Source: an uncultured Actinomycetota bacterium
GTDB taxonomy: Bacteria; Actinomycetota; Actinomycetes; JAHEKZ01
DNA: 64,000 bases
Assembly (NCBI GenBank): GCA_963743915.1
Contig: CAVURN010000001.1
Span: forward strand, 192,001 to 256,000
Direction of reading: 5' to 3'
Position numbers and translations under genes: made by a program. The notes beneath the pieces are model-generated. The model saw nothing but the letters and a program-made list of their open reading frames with translations, was not told where the DNA came from and did not search any database. Below are positions 40,905-52,845 of this stretch, one piece after another. Each line of letters opens with the position of its first letter. The first letter of the stretch is position 1.

Positions 40905-42356
40905 GTGCAAGGGGTCCACACCGTCGAGGAGGTCCGTGCAGCCGAGGAGGCGGTGCTGGCGCGGATCGGTGCGCGCGAGCTGATGCTTCGTGCCGCCACG
41001 GGTCTTGCGCGGACCTGTGCCGAGCTTCTGGCGCTGCACCGCGGAGGTGTGTACGGCGCGCGCATCGTGCTGCTGGTCGGCACCGGCAACAACGGGGGTG
41101 ACGCTCTCTTCGCCGGTGCCGCCCTCGCGCGCCGAGGCGCCCAGGTGTTGGTGGTCCCTACTGGCACGCGCCTGCACGAGGAAGGTCACGCTGCCGTAGT
41201 GCGTGCAGGTGGACGCGTCCTGCCGCCTGACGACGCCTCCGACGCGATCGCCTCCGCCGACCTGGTCATCGACGGGATGCTCGGCATCGGTGGCAAGGGT
41301 GCGCTCCGCGAGCCCGCCGGGTCACTGGCCGCACGTGCCACGGCCAGCGCTGCGCTCGTGGTGGCCGTCGACCTGCCGAGCGGAGTGGATGCCGACACCG
41401 GAGCAGCCGGCGACGACGCCGTGTGGGCGGATGTGACGGTCAGCTTCGGTTTGATGAAGCCGGGACTGCTGCTGCCGCCAGGTTCGCTGCATGCCGGCGT
41501 GGTCGAGCTCGTCGACATCGGGCTGGGGGATGACGCGGTGGTCCCGTCCGTCACCTGTCTCGACGCACAGGATGTCGCCGTGCTGCTGCCGCGTCCTGGA
41601 CCCCTCGACCACAAGTACTCGCAAGGGGTGGTCGGCATCGCCGCCGGCTCTGAGCGCTACCCGGGTGCGGCTGTCCTTGCCGTCGGTGGTGCCGCCCGGG
41701 TGAAGGCCGGCCTGGTGCGGTACTCGGGGTCGGCGGCCGCCGACGTGGTGCGGGCCTGGCCCTCGGTGATCGTGTCCGCCGGGGGCGTGGTCGACGCGGG
41801 CCGCGTCCAGGCGTGGGCCGTCGGGCCCGGAATCGGTCTGGACGGCACGGCGCACGACCGTCTGGCCGAGGTCCTGGGCGAGCCCGTGCCCGTCGTCGTC
41901 GACGCCGACGGTCTGAGCCTGCTCGCGACCGCACCGCAGCTGCTGGACGGGCGGACGGTGAGCACCGTCCTGACGCCGCACGAGCGCGAGTTCGCACGCC
42001 TCGCGCCCGACCTCGAGGTATCGGCGGACCCGGTCGCCGCCGTTCGGACCCTGGCGGCTCGGCTGCGGTGCACGGTCCTGCTGAAGGGTGCCACCACGAT
42101 CGTGGCGGCACCTGACGGGCAGGTGAGGCTGAACCTCACCGGGACCCCGTGGTTGGCGACAGGGGGCACCGGGGACGTCCTCACCGGCATGGTGGCCGCC
42201 TTCCTGGCTGCTGGGCTCACCCCGCTGGACGCGGCATCAGTCGCGGCGTTCGTGCACGGGATTGCGGCACGTCTGGCCGCCGACGGCGCAGCGGTCACGG
42301 CGTCCGACGTGGTGGCCACGCTGCCGGACGCGGTACGTGCAGTGTCGCGCCCCTAG
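40905..42356 (+). CDS. nnr: Bifunctional NAD(P)H-hydrate epimerase/dehydratase
   Basis: GTGNNGGDA, VDLPSG, LTPHEREF, LATGGTGDVLTG. Confidence 0.93.
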   Translation: MQGVHTVEEVRAAEEAVLARIGARELMLRAATGLARTCAELLALHRGGVYGARIVLLVGTGNNGGDALFAGAALARRGAQVLVVPTGTRLHEEGHAAVVRAGGRVLPPDDASDAIASADLVIDGMLGIGGKGALREPAGSLAARATASAALVVAVDLPSGVDADTGAAGDDAVWADVTVSFGLMKPGLLLPPGSLHAGVVELVDIGLGDDAVVPSVTCLDAQDVAVLLPRPGPLDHKYSQGVVGIAAGSERYPGAAVLAVGGAARVKAGLVRYSGSAAADVVRAWPSVIVSAGGVVDAGRVQAWAVGPGIGLDGTAHDRLAEVLGEPVPVVVDADGLSLLATAPQLLDGRTVSTVLTPHEREFARLAPDLEVSADPVAAVRTLAARLRCTVLLKGATTIVAAPDGQVRLNLTGTPWLATGGTGDVLTGMVAAFLAAGLTPLDAASVAAFVHGIAARLAADGAAVTASDVVATLPDAVRAVSRP

Positions 42357-42405
42357 ACCGTGGCGCGTCGCGGGTCGACACGGCCCGGGATGGGAGAATG
42401 ACGGA

Positions 42406-43554
42406 GTGCCTGAGCTCCCTCGCGTCCCCCTGCGCGAGCTCCGCGTCGACCTCGACGCGATCACTGCCAACACGGCAGTGCTGCAGCAGCACGCGGGCGA
42501 CGCGGGCGTGATGGCCGTCGTCAAGGCTGATGCCTACGGGCACGGGCTCATTCCGTCGGCCCGTGCGGCCTTGGCCGGAGGAGCCGACTGGTTGGGAGTG
42601 GCGCTCCTCGACGAGGCACTGGCTCTGCGAGCTGCCGGCATCGGTTCCCCGCTGCTGGCCTGGCTGCTCGGACCGGACGAGCCGTGGCCGGCGGCCCTCG
42701 AGGCGGACATCGACCTGTCGGTGTCCGCAGCGACGACGCTCAGCTCGATCGCGGACGCTGCCCGGGAGCGCGGTCGCCCGGCCCGCGTGCACCTCAAGGT
42801 CGATACCGGTCTGGGGCGGTCGGGGTCGGCGGTCGGTGACTGGCCCGACATCGTCGACGCAGCCCGCAAGGCCGAGCTGGACGGAACGGTGGAGGTCGTC
42901 GGGCTGTGGTCTCACCTGGCCTGGGCGGATGCTCCAGGTCACCCCACGATCGACCGCCAGCTCGGCGTCTTCAGCGAAGCGATCGACGTCGCCGACCGGG
43001 CGGGTCTGCGTCCGACCGTGCGCCACCTCGCCAACTCGGCAGCCACCCTCACGCGACCGGACACCCACTTCGACCTGACCCGACCGGGACTGGCGGTGTA
43101 CGGCCTGTCGCCGCTGCGCGGTACCGCGCCCGGGGCAGTCGGGCTGCGCCCCGCAATGTCCCTGCGGGCGCAACTGACGCTGGTCAAACGGGTGCCCGCC
43201 GGTCATGGGGTCTCGTACATGCACCAGTACGTCACTGACCGCGAGTCCACCCTCGGCCTGGTGCCGCTCGGGTATGCCGACGGCATCCCGCGCGACGCGA
43301 CCAACGTCGGGCCGGTGCTCGCCGCCGGCCGACGTCGCACCGTGGCCGGCGTCGTGTGCATGGACCAGTTCGTGCTCGACCTCGGCGACGATGCGGCGTC
43401 CGTCGGTGACGTGGTCACGCTCTTCGGAAGCGGGGACGACGGTGAGCCGACGGCTCAGGAGTGGGCTGACGCGACCGGAACGATCTCCTACGAGATCGTC
43501 ACGCGGATGGGGCCGCGCGTCCCGCGTACCTACGTCGGGGGAGATGCGTCATGA
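42406..43554 (+). CDS. alr: Alanine racemase
   Basis: AVVKADAYGHG, HLKVDTGLGRSG, LGYADG, CMDQ, TISYEIV. Confidence 0.97.
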   Translation: MPELPRVPLRELRVDLDAITANTAVLQQHAGDAGVMAVVKADAYGHGLIPSARAALAGGADWLGVALLDEALALRAAGIGSPLLAWLLGPDEPWPAALEADIDLSVSAATTLSSIADAARERGRPARVHLKVDTGLGRSGSAVGDWPDIVDAARKAELDGTVEVVGLWSHLAWADAPGHPTIDRQLGVFSEAIDVADRAGLRPTVRHLANSAATLTRPDTHFDLTRPGLAVYGLSPLRGTAPGAVGLRPAMSLRAQLTLVKRVPAGHGVSYMHQYVTDRESTLGLVPLGYADGIPRDATNVGPVLAAGRRRTVAGVVCMDQFVLDLGDDAASVGDVVTLFGSGDDGEPTAQEWADATGTISYEIVTRMGPRVPRTYVGGDAS

Positions 43555-44615
43555 ACCCGGCGCGTCAGGCCGGCATCGCCGGCGCTGCCCTGCTGGCGGC
43601 CGCGGTCGGCGCGGCCGCGGGCATGGCCGCGGAGCGGGTCGTCGTGGGCCGCCCCCTGCGGCGAGGGGAGACTCCTGGCGGCCGTCTCGGTCTCGGTCAG
43701 CTGCGCGGAACTCCGCACATCCTGACCCTCGACGACGGTGTCCAGCTGCACGTCGAGGTCGACGAGCCACGTCCGAACGCTGCCTGGCACGACCTCACGG
43801 TCGTCTTCGTGCACGGGTACGCGCTGAACCAGGACTGCTTCCACTTCCAGCGGCAGGCCCTCCGCGGCACAGCACGACTGGTCCTCTACGACCAGCGTTC
43901 ACACGGACGGTCCGGGCGCGGTTCTCCTGAGTCCGCCTCACTCCAGCAGCTGGCTGCTGATCTCGACGCCGTCCTCGATGCCTTTGCTCCAGGTCCTGTG
44001 GTCGTGGTCGGACACTCCATGGGCGGCATGACGGTGCTCGAGCTCGCCAGACGTGCTCCTGAGCAGTTCGGTGGCCGGATCGTCGGGGTGGTGCTCATGT
44101 CCACCTCGGCGGGCGAGATGGGGCGTGTCACCCTCGGACTGCCTGCCGTCGCTGTGCGCACCTTGCGACGTGCCGCTCCCACCCTGATCAAGGTGGGGCG
44201 CCGCACCTCGCAGGTGCTGGAACGAGGGCGGCAGATCAGCTCCGACCTCGCCGTTCTCGTGACCAAGGTGTACGCATTCAGCGGCGACGTGCCCGTCGAG
44301 CTGGTCGACTTCAGCCTCGAGATGATCAACGGCACGCCCATCGAGGTCCTTGGCGACTTCTACCCGGCCTTCGCCGAGCACGAGGCGACGGACGTGCTCG
44401 AGGTCCTCAACGGGACGGAGACCCTCATCGTCGTCGGTGCCCAGGATCTTCTGACTCCGCCGGAGCACAGCCAACAGCTGCTCCGTGGCATCCCCGGCGC
44501 CGAGCTGGAAGTCCTCGACCCCGGGGGACATCTGGTGATGCTCGAGCGACCGGACGATGTCAACGGGTACCTGATCGACATGCTCGAACGCGTCGCTCGT
44601 GGGATCGAGGCGTGA
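43551..44615 (+). CDS. Alpha/beta fold hydrolase
   Basis: VHGY, DQRSHGRS, GHSMGG nucleophile motif, GHLVMLE; usual position between alr and tsaE. Confidence 0.9.
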   Translation: MNPARQAGIAGAALLAAAVGAAAGMAAERVVVGRPLRRGETPGGRLGLGQLRGTPHILTLDDGVQLHVEVDEPRPNAAWHDLTVVFVHGYALNQDCFHFQRQALRGTARLVLYDQRSHGRSGRGSPESASLQQLAADLDAVLDAFAPGPVVVVGHSMGGMTVLELARRAPEQFGGRIVGVVLMSTSAGEMGRVTLGLPAVAVRTLRRAAPTLIKVGRRTSQVLERGRQISSDLAVLVTKVYAFSGDVPVELVDFSLEMINGTPIEVLGDFYPAFAEHEATDVLEVLNGTETLIVVGAQDLLTPPEHSQQLLRGIPGAELEVLDPGGHLVMLERPDDVNGYLIDMLERVARGIEA

Positions 44616-45085
44616 CCCGCAGTGAGGTCATCGTCGAGGTGCCGGACGCCGACGCCATGCGTGACCTCGGGGCCCGGCTCGCGCGGGCCTGCCGCGCCGG
44701 TGACATCGTGGTTCTGGACGGGCCGTTGGGTGCGGGCAAGACCACGTTCACCCAGGGGCTGGCCGTCGGCCTCGGAGTGGCGGGTCCCGTGACATCGCCC
44801 ACTTTTGTCATCGCGCGCGTGCACCGTGCCGCGCAGGGGCCCGACCTCGTCCACGTCGACGCGTACCGGCTGAGCGGTCTGGCCGAGCTGGACGACCTCG
44901 ATCTCGATGCGTCGGTGGCCGACTCCATCACCGTCGTCGAGTGGGGTGAGGGGATGGCCGAGCGTCTGGGTGAGCAGGTGGTGGACGTGCGCATCGCGCG
45001 CGACGTCTCGGAGAGCTCGGAGCACCGGACCGTGCGCATCCGGATGCCCGAGGGACGTGAGCTGCCGCAGGCCGCCGGTCGGTAG
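44612..45085 (+). CDS. tsaE: t6A biosynthesis ATPase TsaE
   Basis: GPLGAGKTT, VTSPTF, HVDAYRL, VEWG. Confidence 0.97.
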   Translation: MTRSEVIVEVPDADAMRDLGARLARACRAGDIVVLDGPLGAGKTTFTQGLAVGLGVAGPVTSPTFVIARVHRAAQGPDLVHVDAYRLSGLAELDDLDLDASVADSITVVEWGEGMAERLGEQVVDVRIARDVSESSEHRTVRIRMPEGRELPQAAGR

Positions 45086-45094
45086 CGTGCGGGT

Positions 45095-45757
45095 GTGCTG
45101 ATCCTCGGGCTCGATACGGCGACAGCCGTCACGACGGTCGCCCTGGCCGAGATCGAGGGTGGTCGCTGCAGCGTGCTGGTCGAACGTGACCACGTCGACG
45201 CCCGCCGTCACGGGGAGGTGCTGCCCGTCCAGATCGATGCGGTGCTGGCGGACGCCGGCGTCGAGCCGAACGAGCTGGGGCTGCTCGCGGTGGGGACCGG
45301 CCCGGGCGCTTTCACCGGTCTCCGGGTAGGGCTGGCGACTGCGGGTGCCATGGGGTTGGCACTGGGGATTCCCGTCCATGGTGTCTGCACCCTCGACACC
45401 CTCGCCTGGGCGACGGGGCGGGCGGCGCCGTTCGCCGTCGCCACCGACGCGCGGCGCCGGGAGCTCTTCTGGGCGCTCTACGACGACGCTGCCACCCGCC
45501 GGGGGGAGCCCATGGTCGGTGCAGCTGAAGCCGCGGCGGAGGCGGCACGCGGGCTGGCCGTCGTATTCCCGTCCGGCACTCCTCTTGTGGAGGCGTTCGA
45601 CGACGTCGTCGAGGCAGAGGGCCCTGGGGCCGCGGCCCTGTGCGCTCTCGTGTCGCACCGGATGGCCCTCGGGCTCGTGCCGGAACCCGCCTCCCCGCGC
45701 TACCTGCGTCGACCGGACGTGACGCCGTCCTCGGGCCCGAAGTCGGTGCTCGGGTGA
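45095..45757 (+). CDS. tsaB: t6A biosynthesis protein TsaB
   Basis: LGLDTAT, GTGPGAFTGLRVG, DARRRE, YLRRPD. Confidence 0.96.
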   Translation: MLILGLDTATAVTTVALAEIEGGRCSVLVERDHVDARRHGEVLPVQIDAVLADAGVEPNELGLLAVGTGPGAFTGLRVGLATAGAMGLALGIPVHGVCTLDTLAWATGRAAPFAVATDARRRELFWALYDDAATRRGEPMVGAAEAAAEAARGLAVVFPSGTPLVEAFDDVVEAEGPGAAALCALVSHRMALGLVPEPASPRYLRRPDVTPSSGPKSVLG

Positions 45758-46225
45758 GCGACATCTCCGTACGACCCATGCGCTGGCCGGACATCCCCTC
45801 CGTGCACCGCATCGAGCAGGCCTCGTTCCCCGAGACCGCCTGGTCGGTGGAGTCGTTCTGGGGTGAGCTGGCGGGCGTTCCTGCCTCGCGGTGGTACCTC
45901 GTCGCGGAGGTGGGTCGGACCGTCGTCGGCTACGGGGGTCTGATGGCCGTCGGTAGCCGAGGGTGACGTGCAGACGCTCGCGGTGGAGGAGTCCCAGCGC
46001 GGGCTCGGGGTCGGTGGTGTCCTGCTCGACGCGCTCGTCGACGAGGCGGTGCGCCGCGGCTGCACCAGCGTGCTGCTCGAGGTGGCGGCGGACAACGCGG
46101 CAGCCCAGACGCTGTACGCCGGCCGCGGCTTTGAGCAGGTGGCGCGCCGGTCGGGCTACTACGGTCCGGGTCGTGACGCCGTCGTGATGCGGCTCTCCGT
46201 GCGTCGAAGCGGGGCGGCGTCGTGA
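45754..46225 (+). CDS. rimI: Ribosomal protein S18 alanine N-acetyltransferase (+1 indel at about 45957)
   Basis: VRPMRWPDI...[12 protein letters not shown], then GDVQTLAV...[14 protein letters not shown]...RSGYY; frames join on removing one C. Confidence 0.92.
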
Positions 46226-47271
46226 GCGCCGAGGCGCTGGTCCTCGGGATCGAGACCTCGTGCGACGAGACGGGGGTCGGCGTCGTCAGGGGCACCACGT
46301 TGCTCGCGGACGTCGTCGCCACCAGCGTGGAGGAGCACGCGCGGTTCGGGGGAGTCGTTCCCGAGGTGGCCAGCCGCGCGCATCTGGAGGCCATGGGTCC
46401 GGCCCTGACACGCGCCCTGGACGAGGCGGGGGTGCTGCTGGAAGACCTCGACGCGATCGCGGTCACCGCGGGTCCGGGGCTCGTCGGCGCCCTGCTGGTG
46501 GGTACCGCGACGGCGCAGGCGCTCTCGGTGTCGACGGGGGTGCCGCTTTTTGGCGTCAACCACCTGGCTGCTCACGTCGCCGTCGACCGCCTCGAGCACG
46601 GCCCCCTGCCGGAGCCGGCGATCGCCCTCCTCGTCAGTGGTGGTCACTCCTCGCTTCTCCAGGTCGACGACGTGACGTCGGACGTCATGCTGCTCGGTGC
46701 CTCCATCGACGACGCTGCGGGCGAGGCGTTCGACAAGGTGGGCCGACTGCTCGGGCTGCCCTTCCCGGGGGGACCAGAGATCGACCGGCTCGCCCGCGGG
46801 GGAGAGCCGGACAGCATCGCGTTCCCCCGCGGGCTGACGGCTCCGCACGATCTCGAGCGCCACCGGTTCGACTTCTCCTTCTCCGGGCTGAAGACGGCGG
46901 TGGCCCGTTGGGTCGAGCTGCGTCAGCGGGCAGGCGAGCCGGTTCCGGTCGCCGACGTGGCTGCCGCGTTCCAGGAGGCGGTCGTCGACGTGCTGTCGGC
47001 GAAGGCCGTGGAGGCCTGCCGAGCCCAGGGCGTCGAGCATCTCCTGCTCGGGGGCGGGGTGGCGGCGAACTCGAGGCTCCGCGCCGTGCTGGAGCAGCGG
47101 TGTGCGACAGCGGGACTGACCTTGCGCGTGCCGCGTCCTGCACTGTGCACCGACAACGGGGCGATGGTGGCCGCGCTCGGAGCGGCCCTGGTCGAGTCGG
47201 GAGCCATGCCGACGGCGCTGGGGCTCGGTGCCGAGTCGGGGCTCTCGGTGGAGCGGGTGACCGTCGGCTGA
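46222..47271 (+). CDS. tsaD: t6A biosynthesis transferase TsaD
   Basis: [46 protein letters not shown]. Confidence 0.98.
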   Translation: MSAEALVLGIETSCDETGVGVVRGTTLLADVVATSVEEHARFGGVVPEVASRAHLEAMGPALTRALDEAGVLLEDLDAIAVTAGPGLVGALLVGTATAQALSVSTGVPLFGVNHLAAHVAVDRLEHGPLPEPAIALLVSGGHSSLLQVDDVTSDVMLLGASIDDAAGEAFDKVGRLLGLPFPGGPEIDRLARGGEPDSIAFPRGLTAPHDLERHRFDFSFSGLKTAVARWVELRQRAGEPVPVADVAAAFQEAVVDVLSAKAVEACRAQGVEHLLLGGGVAANSRLRAVLEQRCATAGLTLRVPRPALCTDNGAMVAALGAALVESGAMPTALGLGAESGLSVERVTVG

Positions 47272-47345
47272 CCTGCCACCGCCCTGCGTCAGGACCCCGT
47301 GGACCCGCCGTTCCCAGCGGCCACCTGATCGGGGATGATGGGCGG

Positions 47346-47666
47346 GTGATCGTGCGCATGTGGGAGACCCCCGTCAAGCCGGGGCAGATCGATGCCCTGA
47401 TCGACTACGTCAAGACCGAGGTCTGGCCGGGTGTCACTGGTGCCAAAGGCTTCGTCAGCGGCGAGGTGCTGCGGTCCTACGGCGATGCGGGCGACCGAGT
47501 GCTGCTGGTCACGCGCTGGGAGAACGCTGCGTCCCTGGAGGGCTTTCTCGGACCGGACTGGCAGGCGCACCAGATGACTCCCGTTCCCGCCGAGGAGCCG
47601 CTGCTGGCGGGCTCGCCGTTCGTCGACCACTGGGACCTCGCCTTCCAGACTCCCGTCGACGACTGA
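47346..47666 (+). CDS. Antibiotic biosynthesis monooxygenase (ABM)-like dimeric alpha-beta barrel protein
   Basis: MIVRMWE...GAKGFVSGEVLR...LLVTRWE pattern; 106 aa. Confidence 0.75.
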   Translation: MIVRMWETPVKPGQIDALIDYVKTEVWPGVTGAKGFVSGEVLRSYGDAGDRVLLVTRWENAASLEGFLGPDWQAHQMTPVPAEEPLLAGSPFVDHWDLAFQTPVDD

Positions 47667-48899
47667 TCACCGCTGTTGCCGCGCCAGAGCCGGCTGCGCG
47701 GGGTGCGCGACCACGACCACCGGGTCGTCGCCGATCCGGGTCAAGAACAACGTCCGCCGTCCCGCCGCTCGGGGGTCGAGTCGCAGCGAACGGCGCAGCT
47801 CATCGACGTCGACCGCTGAACCGCGCTTCTTGACCACGACTCCCCCCACTCCCTGCGCTCGCAGGTGGGCGCGCAGCCGCTTGACGCCAAAGGGCAGCAC
47901 CGCGTGGACCTCGTACGCGGACGCATAGGGCGTGTCGACGGCGGCGTCGGTGGTGAAGTAGGCGATCCGTGGGTCGAGCATGCGACCGTCCACGCGGTCG
48001 ACCACCGCGGCGACCAGGCCGGCGCGGATGACGGCGCCGTCCGGTTCATAGAGGAACGCACCCACCGCGCCGACGGGAGGTGGCCCGGGGGGAAGGTCGG
48101 TGTCGGAGAGGCACGCGCCGGACGGCAGCAGGGTCGCGCTGCGGTGGACGCCGGGATCGCGCAGGTCTCCGCGGTAGAGGCCGGCCTCCACCACGTCGCC
48201 GCGGTCGGACACGACCGCGAACTCGGTCTCGGGGTCCACGGCTGCGTGGTCGAGCCCAGGGGCGACCTTCAGGCCCAGGTCCGCCACGGGAAGCCCCAGC
48301 AGCCAGGACAGGGGAGGCGACCAGTCCTCCGGGCGGGACAGCCGGCGTCCGGCTGACCGGCGCGCCGGGTCCGCGAAGAGAGCGCGATACCCCGCCCAGT
48401 GCTCGCGCGGCAGGTGGAGCACATCGGTGTGCTGCACCCGGATGCGAGCAGCATCGAGGCTGGCGGCGGCGTTGGCCGCGGCCACTGCGGCGGTCACCGC
48501 GTCGGTCTCGAAGCCCTCCACGGCAAGGCCCGCCGCGGCCAGGGCGAGCAGGTCGAGGCCGACCCCGCAGCCCAGGTCGGCGATGCGGGCTCCGGGACCG
48601 AGGCGGGCGAAGCGGGCGGCACGCAGAGCGGCCACCGAGGGTCGCGTTGCCTGCTCGGCGCCGTCCGGCGTCAGGAGCAGGCGGCGGATCAGCGGCTCGG
48701 CGCTGGCTCCCCACCGCTCGGCAGCCTTGGTGCGGAGCCGGGCCTGCGTGAGGGCAGCCGCGACGAGCGCTGGGGGGTGACCGGACGCCCGAAGGCGCTC
48801 CCCGAGGGTCAACGCGTCGGCCGCCGCATAGCGCGGAAGCGCCTCGACGAGCTCCCGACCCGCAGGGCTGGTCAGCAGGGCGACGTCGGAGGGCTCCAC
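47667..48899 (-). CDS. Class I SAM-dependent methyltransferase with THUMP-like domain
   Basis: EQATR, ADLGCGVGLD, DPARR, KVAPG, YEPDGAVIRAGLV; divergent from groES. Confidence 0.9.
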   Translation of the reverse strand: MEPSDVALLTSPAGRELVEALPRYAAADALTLGERLRASGHPPALVAAALTQARLRTKAAERWGASAEPLIRRLLLTPDGAEQATRPSVAALRAARFARLGPGARIADLGCGVGLDLLALAAAGLAVEGFETDAVTAAVAAANAAASLDAARIRVQHTDVLHLPREHWAGYRALFADPARRSAGRRLSRPEDWSPPLSWLLGLPVADLGLKVAPGLDHAAVDPETEFAVVSDRGDVVEAGLYRGDLRDPGVHRSATLLPSGACLSDTDLPPGPPPVGAVGAFLYEPDGAVIRAGLVAAVVDRVDGRMLDPRIAYFTTDAAVDTPYASAYEVHAVLPFGVKRLRAHLRAQGVGGVVVKKRGSAVDVDELRRSLRLDPRAAGRRTLFLTRIGDDPVVVVAHPAQPALARQQR

Positions 48900-48935
48900 G
48901 CCCCCATCCTGCCGTCCGGGGGGTGGTCGAGACCC

Positions 48936-49008
48936 TTGGCACTCGGCTTGACGGAGTGCTAACGCGTGGCTAGGTTGGGCGTTGGCACTCTCGGTCCGAG
49001 TGTGCCAA
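48936..49008 (+). promoter_or_regulatory. Tandem CIRCE (HrcA) operators overlapping the groES promoter
   Basis: TTGGCACTC-N9-GAGTGCTAA (48936-48962) and TTGGCACTC-N9-GTGTGCCAA (48982-49008); TTGACG-N17-TAGGTT promoter overlaps the first box. Confidence 0.93.
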
Positions 49009-49101
49009 CAGCAAGTGTTCCCGTGCGCCAACCATCCGGCACCGCGACGGCGGTTGGGTGGCGCCAGTCCAACGTTCGACCGCTAGGCGGAGGTCATCTC
49101 A

Positions 49102-49401
49102 GTGTCGGTTTCCATCAAGCCGCTCGAGGACCGCATTCTTGTCCAGGCCCTCGACGCCGAGCAGACCACGGCGTCCGGTCTCGTCATCCCCGACACTGCC
49201 AAGGAGAAGCCCCAGGAGGGCAAGGTCCTGGCAGTGGGTCCCGGGCGATTCGACGAGGACGGCGAGAAGCGCATTCCCCTCGACATCAGCGTCGGCGACG
49301 TCGTCGTGTACAGCAAGTACGGCGGCACCGAGGTCAAGTACGACGGCGAGGAGTACCTCATCCTCTCTGCGCGCGACGTGCTCGCGATCGTGGAGAAGTG
49401 A
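49102..49401 (+). CDS. groES: Co-chaperonin GroES
   Basis: [34 protein letters not shown]. Confidence 0.99.
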   Translation: MSVSIKPLEDRILVQALDAEQTTASGLVIPDTAKEKPQEGKVLAVGPGRFDEDGEKRIPLDISVGDVVVYSKYGGTEVKYDGEEYLILSARDVLAIVEK

Positions 49402-49423
49402 GCCCTTCTCGTTGACAGTCGTG

Positions 49424-49463
49424 GTGACGCCCCGCACACCCCTCACGGGTTGCGGGGCGTCAC
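49424..49463 (+). other. Intergenic groES-groEL hairpin
   Basis: GTGACGCCCCGCA...TGCGGGGCGTCAC, 13-bp perfect stem. Confidence 0.7.
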
Positions 49464-49500
49464 GCATCTGACCCCTGGTCCGATTCCGATCCGCCCCTGA

Positions 49501-51152
<1,652 letters not shown>

Positions 51153-51153
<1 letters not shown>

Positions 51154-51329
51154 GCCTGCCGAGTGCGGCGCTGGTGGACGTCAGAGCCTGCCGAGTGCGG
51201 CGCTGGATGACGCTCCGCTGCGTCGAGTGCGCTGCGCACACTCGACTGGCTCCGCCATCATCCAGCGCCGCACTCGGCTTCTGGGCACACTCGGCTACGC
51301 GGAGCAGCACTCAGCTCCACACTCGGCTT
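51153..51329. repeat. Cluster of GCCGAGTG/CACTCGGC direct and inverted repeats (REP-like)
   Basis: AGCCTGCCGAGTGCGGCGCTGG at 51153 and 51185; 21-bp inverted arm at 51258-51278; CACACTCGGCT at 51286 and 51318. Confidence 0.85.
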
Positions 51330-51334
51330 GTGGG

Positions 51335-51628
51335 TCAGCCGACGAGCTGAAGGCTCTTGCGACGGTAGAGCGCGTCGCGCTCGTCCTCGGTCATGCCGCC
51401 CCAGACGCCGTACGGTTCGCGTACCGCGAGGGCATGCGCCCCGCACTGCGCGATGACCGGGCAGGAGGCGCACACCGCCTTGGCGGCGCGGTCGCGGGCC
51501 TCGCGGGACGGCCCGCGCTCGCCCTCAGGGTGAAAGAAGATCGCGGGGTCAGCCTCCCGGCAGGCGCCCTGGTACTGCCACTCCCAGATGTCGGCCACCG
51601 GCCCGGGCAGGCGAGAGATGTCAGCCAT
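51335..51628 (-). CDS. whiD: WhiB-family Fe-S regulator, WhiD/WhiB3 subclass
   Basis: MADISRLPGP..WEWQYQGAC...CASCPVIAQC...GVWGG; synteny with groEL1, bldM and guaB. Confidence 0.92.
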   Translation of the reverse strand: MADISRLPGPVADIWEWQYQGACREADPAIFFHPEGERGPSREARDRAAKAVCASCPVIAQCGAHALAVREPYGVWGGMTEDERDALYRRKSLQLVG

Positions 51629-51668
51629 GGGGTCCTCCTCCAAGACGTGCTTTCCGCCGTCATCGGTG

Positions 51669-51697
51669 ACTCTAATATCGCGTCATAAGTTGGTCAA
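51669..51697 (-). promoter_or_regulatory. Housekeeping-type promoter of whiD
   Basis: Minus strand TTGACC-N17-TAGAGT. Confidence 0.65.
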
Positions 51698-51782
51698 GTG
51701 TTTCCCGCGAACAATTTATGTGACGGATCCTGAGCCCGGGTGTCGACATGCGGATGCGTCCGTGCACGCGCACAATCAGGGC

Positions 51783-52718
51783 ATGGCTGAACCCGTCGGC
51801 GTCCCCAACACCTCGGCGCCGACGCTCACCGTGGCCGCCCTGGCCCGTCGCCTCGGCGTCGCACCCGCCACGCTGCGCACGTGGGACCGGCGCTACGGCC
51901 TCGGCCCCACCGGTCATGCCGCCGGTGCGCACCGGCGCTACACCCCGAGCGACGTGCGCAGGCTGGAGGCGATGCGTCGGCTCACCTTGGAGGGCATCGC
52001 GCCGGGCGAGGCGGCCCGAGCGGCTTTGGAAGCCGACTCCGAACGTGCGGAAGGCGGCCCTGAGCCAACCCCGCCTGACGGTCAGGACCGAGTCGTCCCG
52101 CTCCACCGCACCGACGCCGTGGTGCGCGGACTGACCCGTGCGGCCCTGGCCCTGGACGCCCGCACCATCGACCGCACCGTGGCCGAGGCCCTCGAGCGGC
52201 ACGGTGTGCTCTGGACGTGGGACGCGTTGGTCGTCCCGATGATGACCGCCGTGGGGGAGCGCTGGGAGTCCTCAGGCAACGGCGTCGATGTCGAGCACCT
52301 GACGTCCGAGAGCATCCTGAGTGCCCTGCGTTCGGTCGGTGCCACGGCTCCGCAGCCGCGGAACGCTCGACCGGTGCTGCTGGCGTGTGCCCCCGAGGAG
52401 CTGCACACGCTGCCACTGGCCGCGCTGTCCGCGGCACTGGCCGAGCGCGGGATCGACGCCAGAGTGCTGGGTGCCCGCGTTCCCAGCGAGGCTCTGGCCG
52501 CCGCCGTCCGCCGCGGAGGCGCCTCCGCCGTCTTCGTGTGGGCGCACCGGAGCTCGCTGGCCGATCCCGAGCAGGTCGAGGCCATCCCCACGATGCGTCC
52601 GCCCGTCTCGGTCGTGGTCGGAGGCCCCGGATGGGAGGGCGCAGTGCCCGAGCGGGCCACCTGGGTCAGCTCTCTCAGTGAGGCCGTCACCGCGCTCCAG
52701 CGCGCAGCCGGCGGCTGA
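51783..52718 (+). CDS. MerR-family regulator with cobalamin-binding domain (CarH/LitR-like)
   Basis: MerR HTH (ARRLGVAPATLRTWDRRYGL, HRRY), W-x9-EH (WESSGNGVDVEH), ExH (EELHTLP), VVGGPGW. Confidence 0.85.
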   Translation: MAEPVGVPNTSAPTLTVAALARRLGVAPATLRTWDRRYGLGPTGHAAGAHRRYTPSDVRRLEAMRRLTLEGIAPGEAARAALEADSERAEGGPEPTPPDGQDRVVPLHRTDAVVRGLTRAALALDARTIDRTVAEALERHGVLWTWDALVVPMMTAVGERWESSGNGVDVEHLTSESILSALRSVGATAPQPRNARPVLLACAPEELHTLPLAALSAALAERGIDARVLGARVPSEALAAAVRRGGASAVFVWAHRSSLADPEQVEAIPTMRPPVSVVVGGPGWEGAVPERATWVSSLSEAVTALQRAAGG

Positions 52719-52746
52719 CGCACCGGAGATCGAGAGTCCTACGCGG

Positions 52747-52775
52747 TAAAGCACCTCCCCACCACCTGCCGAAAC
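52747..52775 (+). promoter_or_regulatory. Candidate sigma28/WhiG-type promoter
   Basis: TAAA-N17-GCCGAAAC. Confidence 0.5.
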
Positions 52776-52845
52776 CACCAGGGGACGTCCTCGGCGCGTC
52801 CCGGCCCGTTGGCCTTCCCGCGTACGTGTCCTCTCGAGGTGACTG

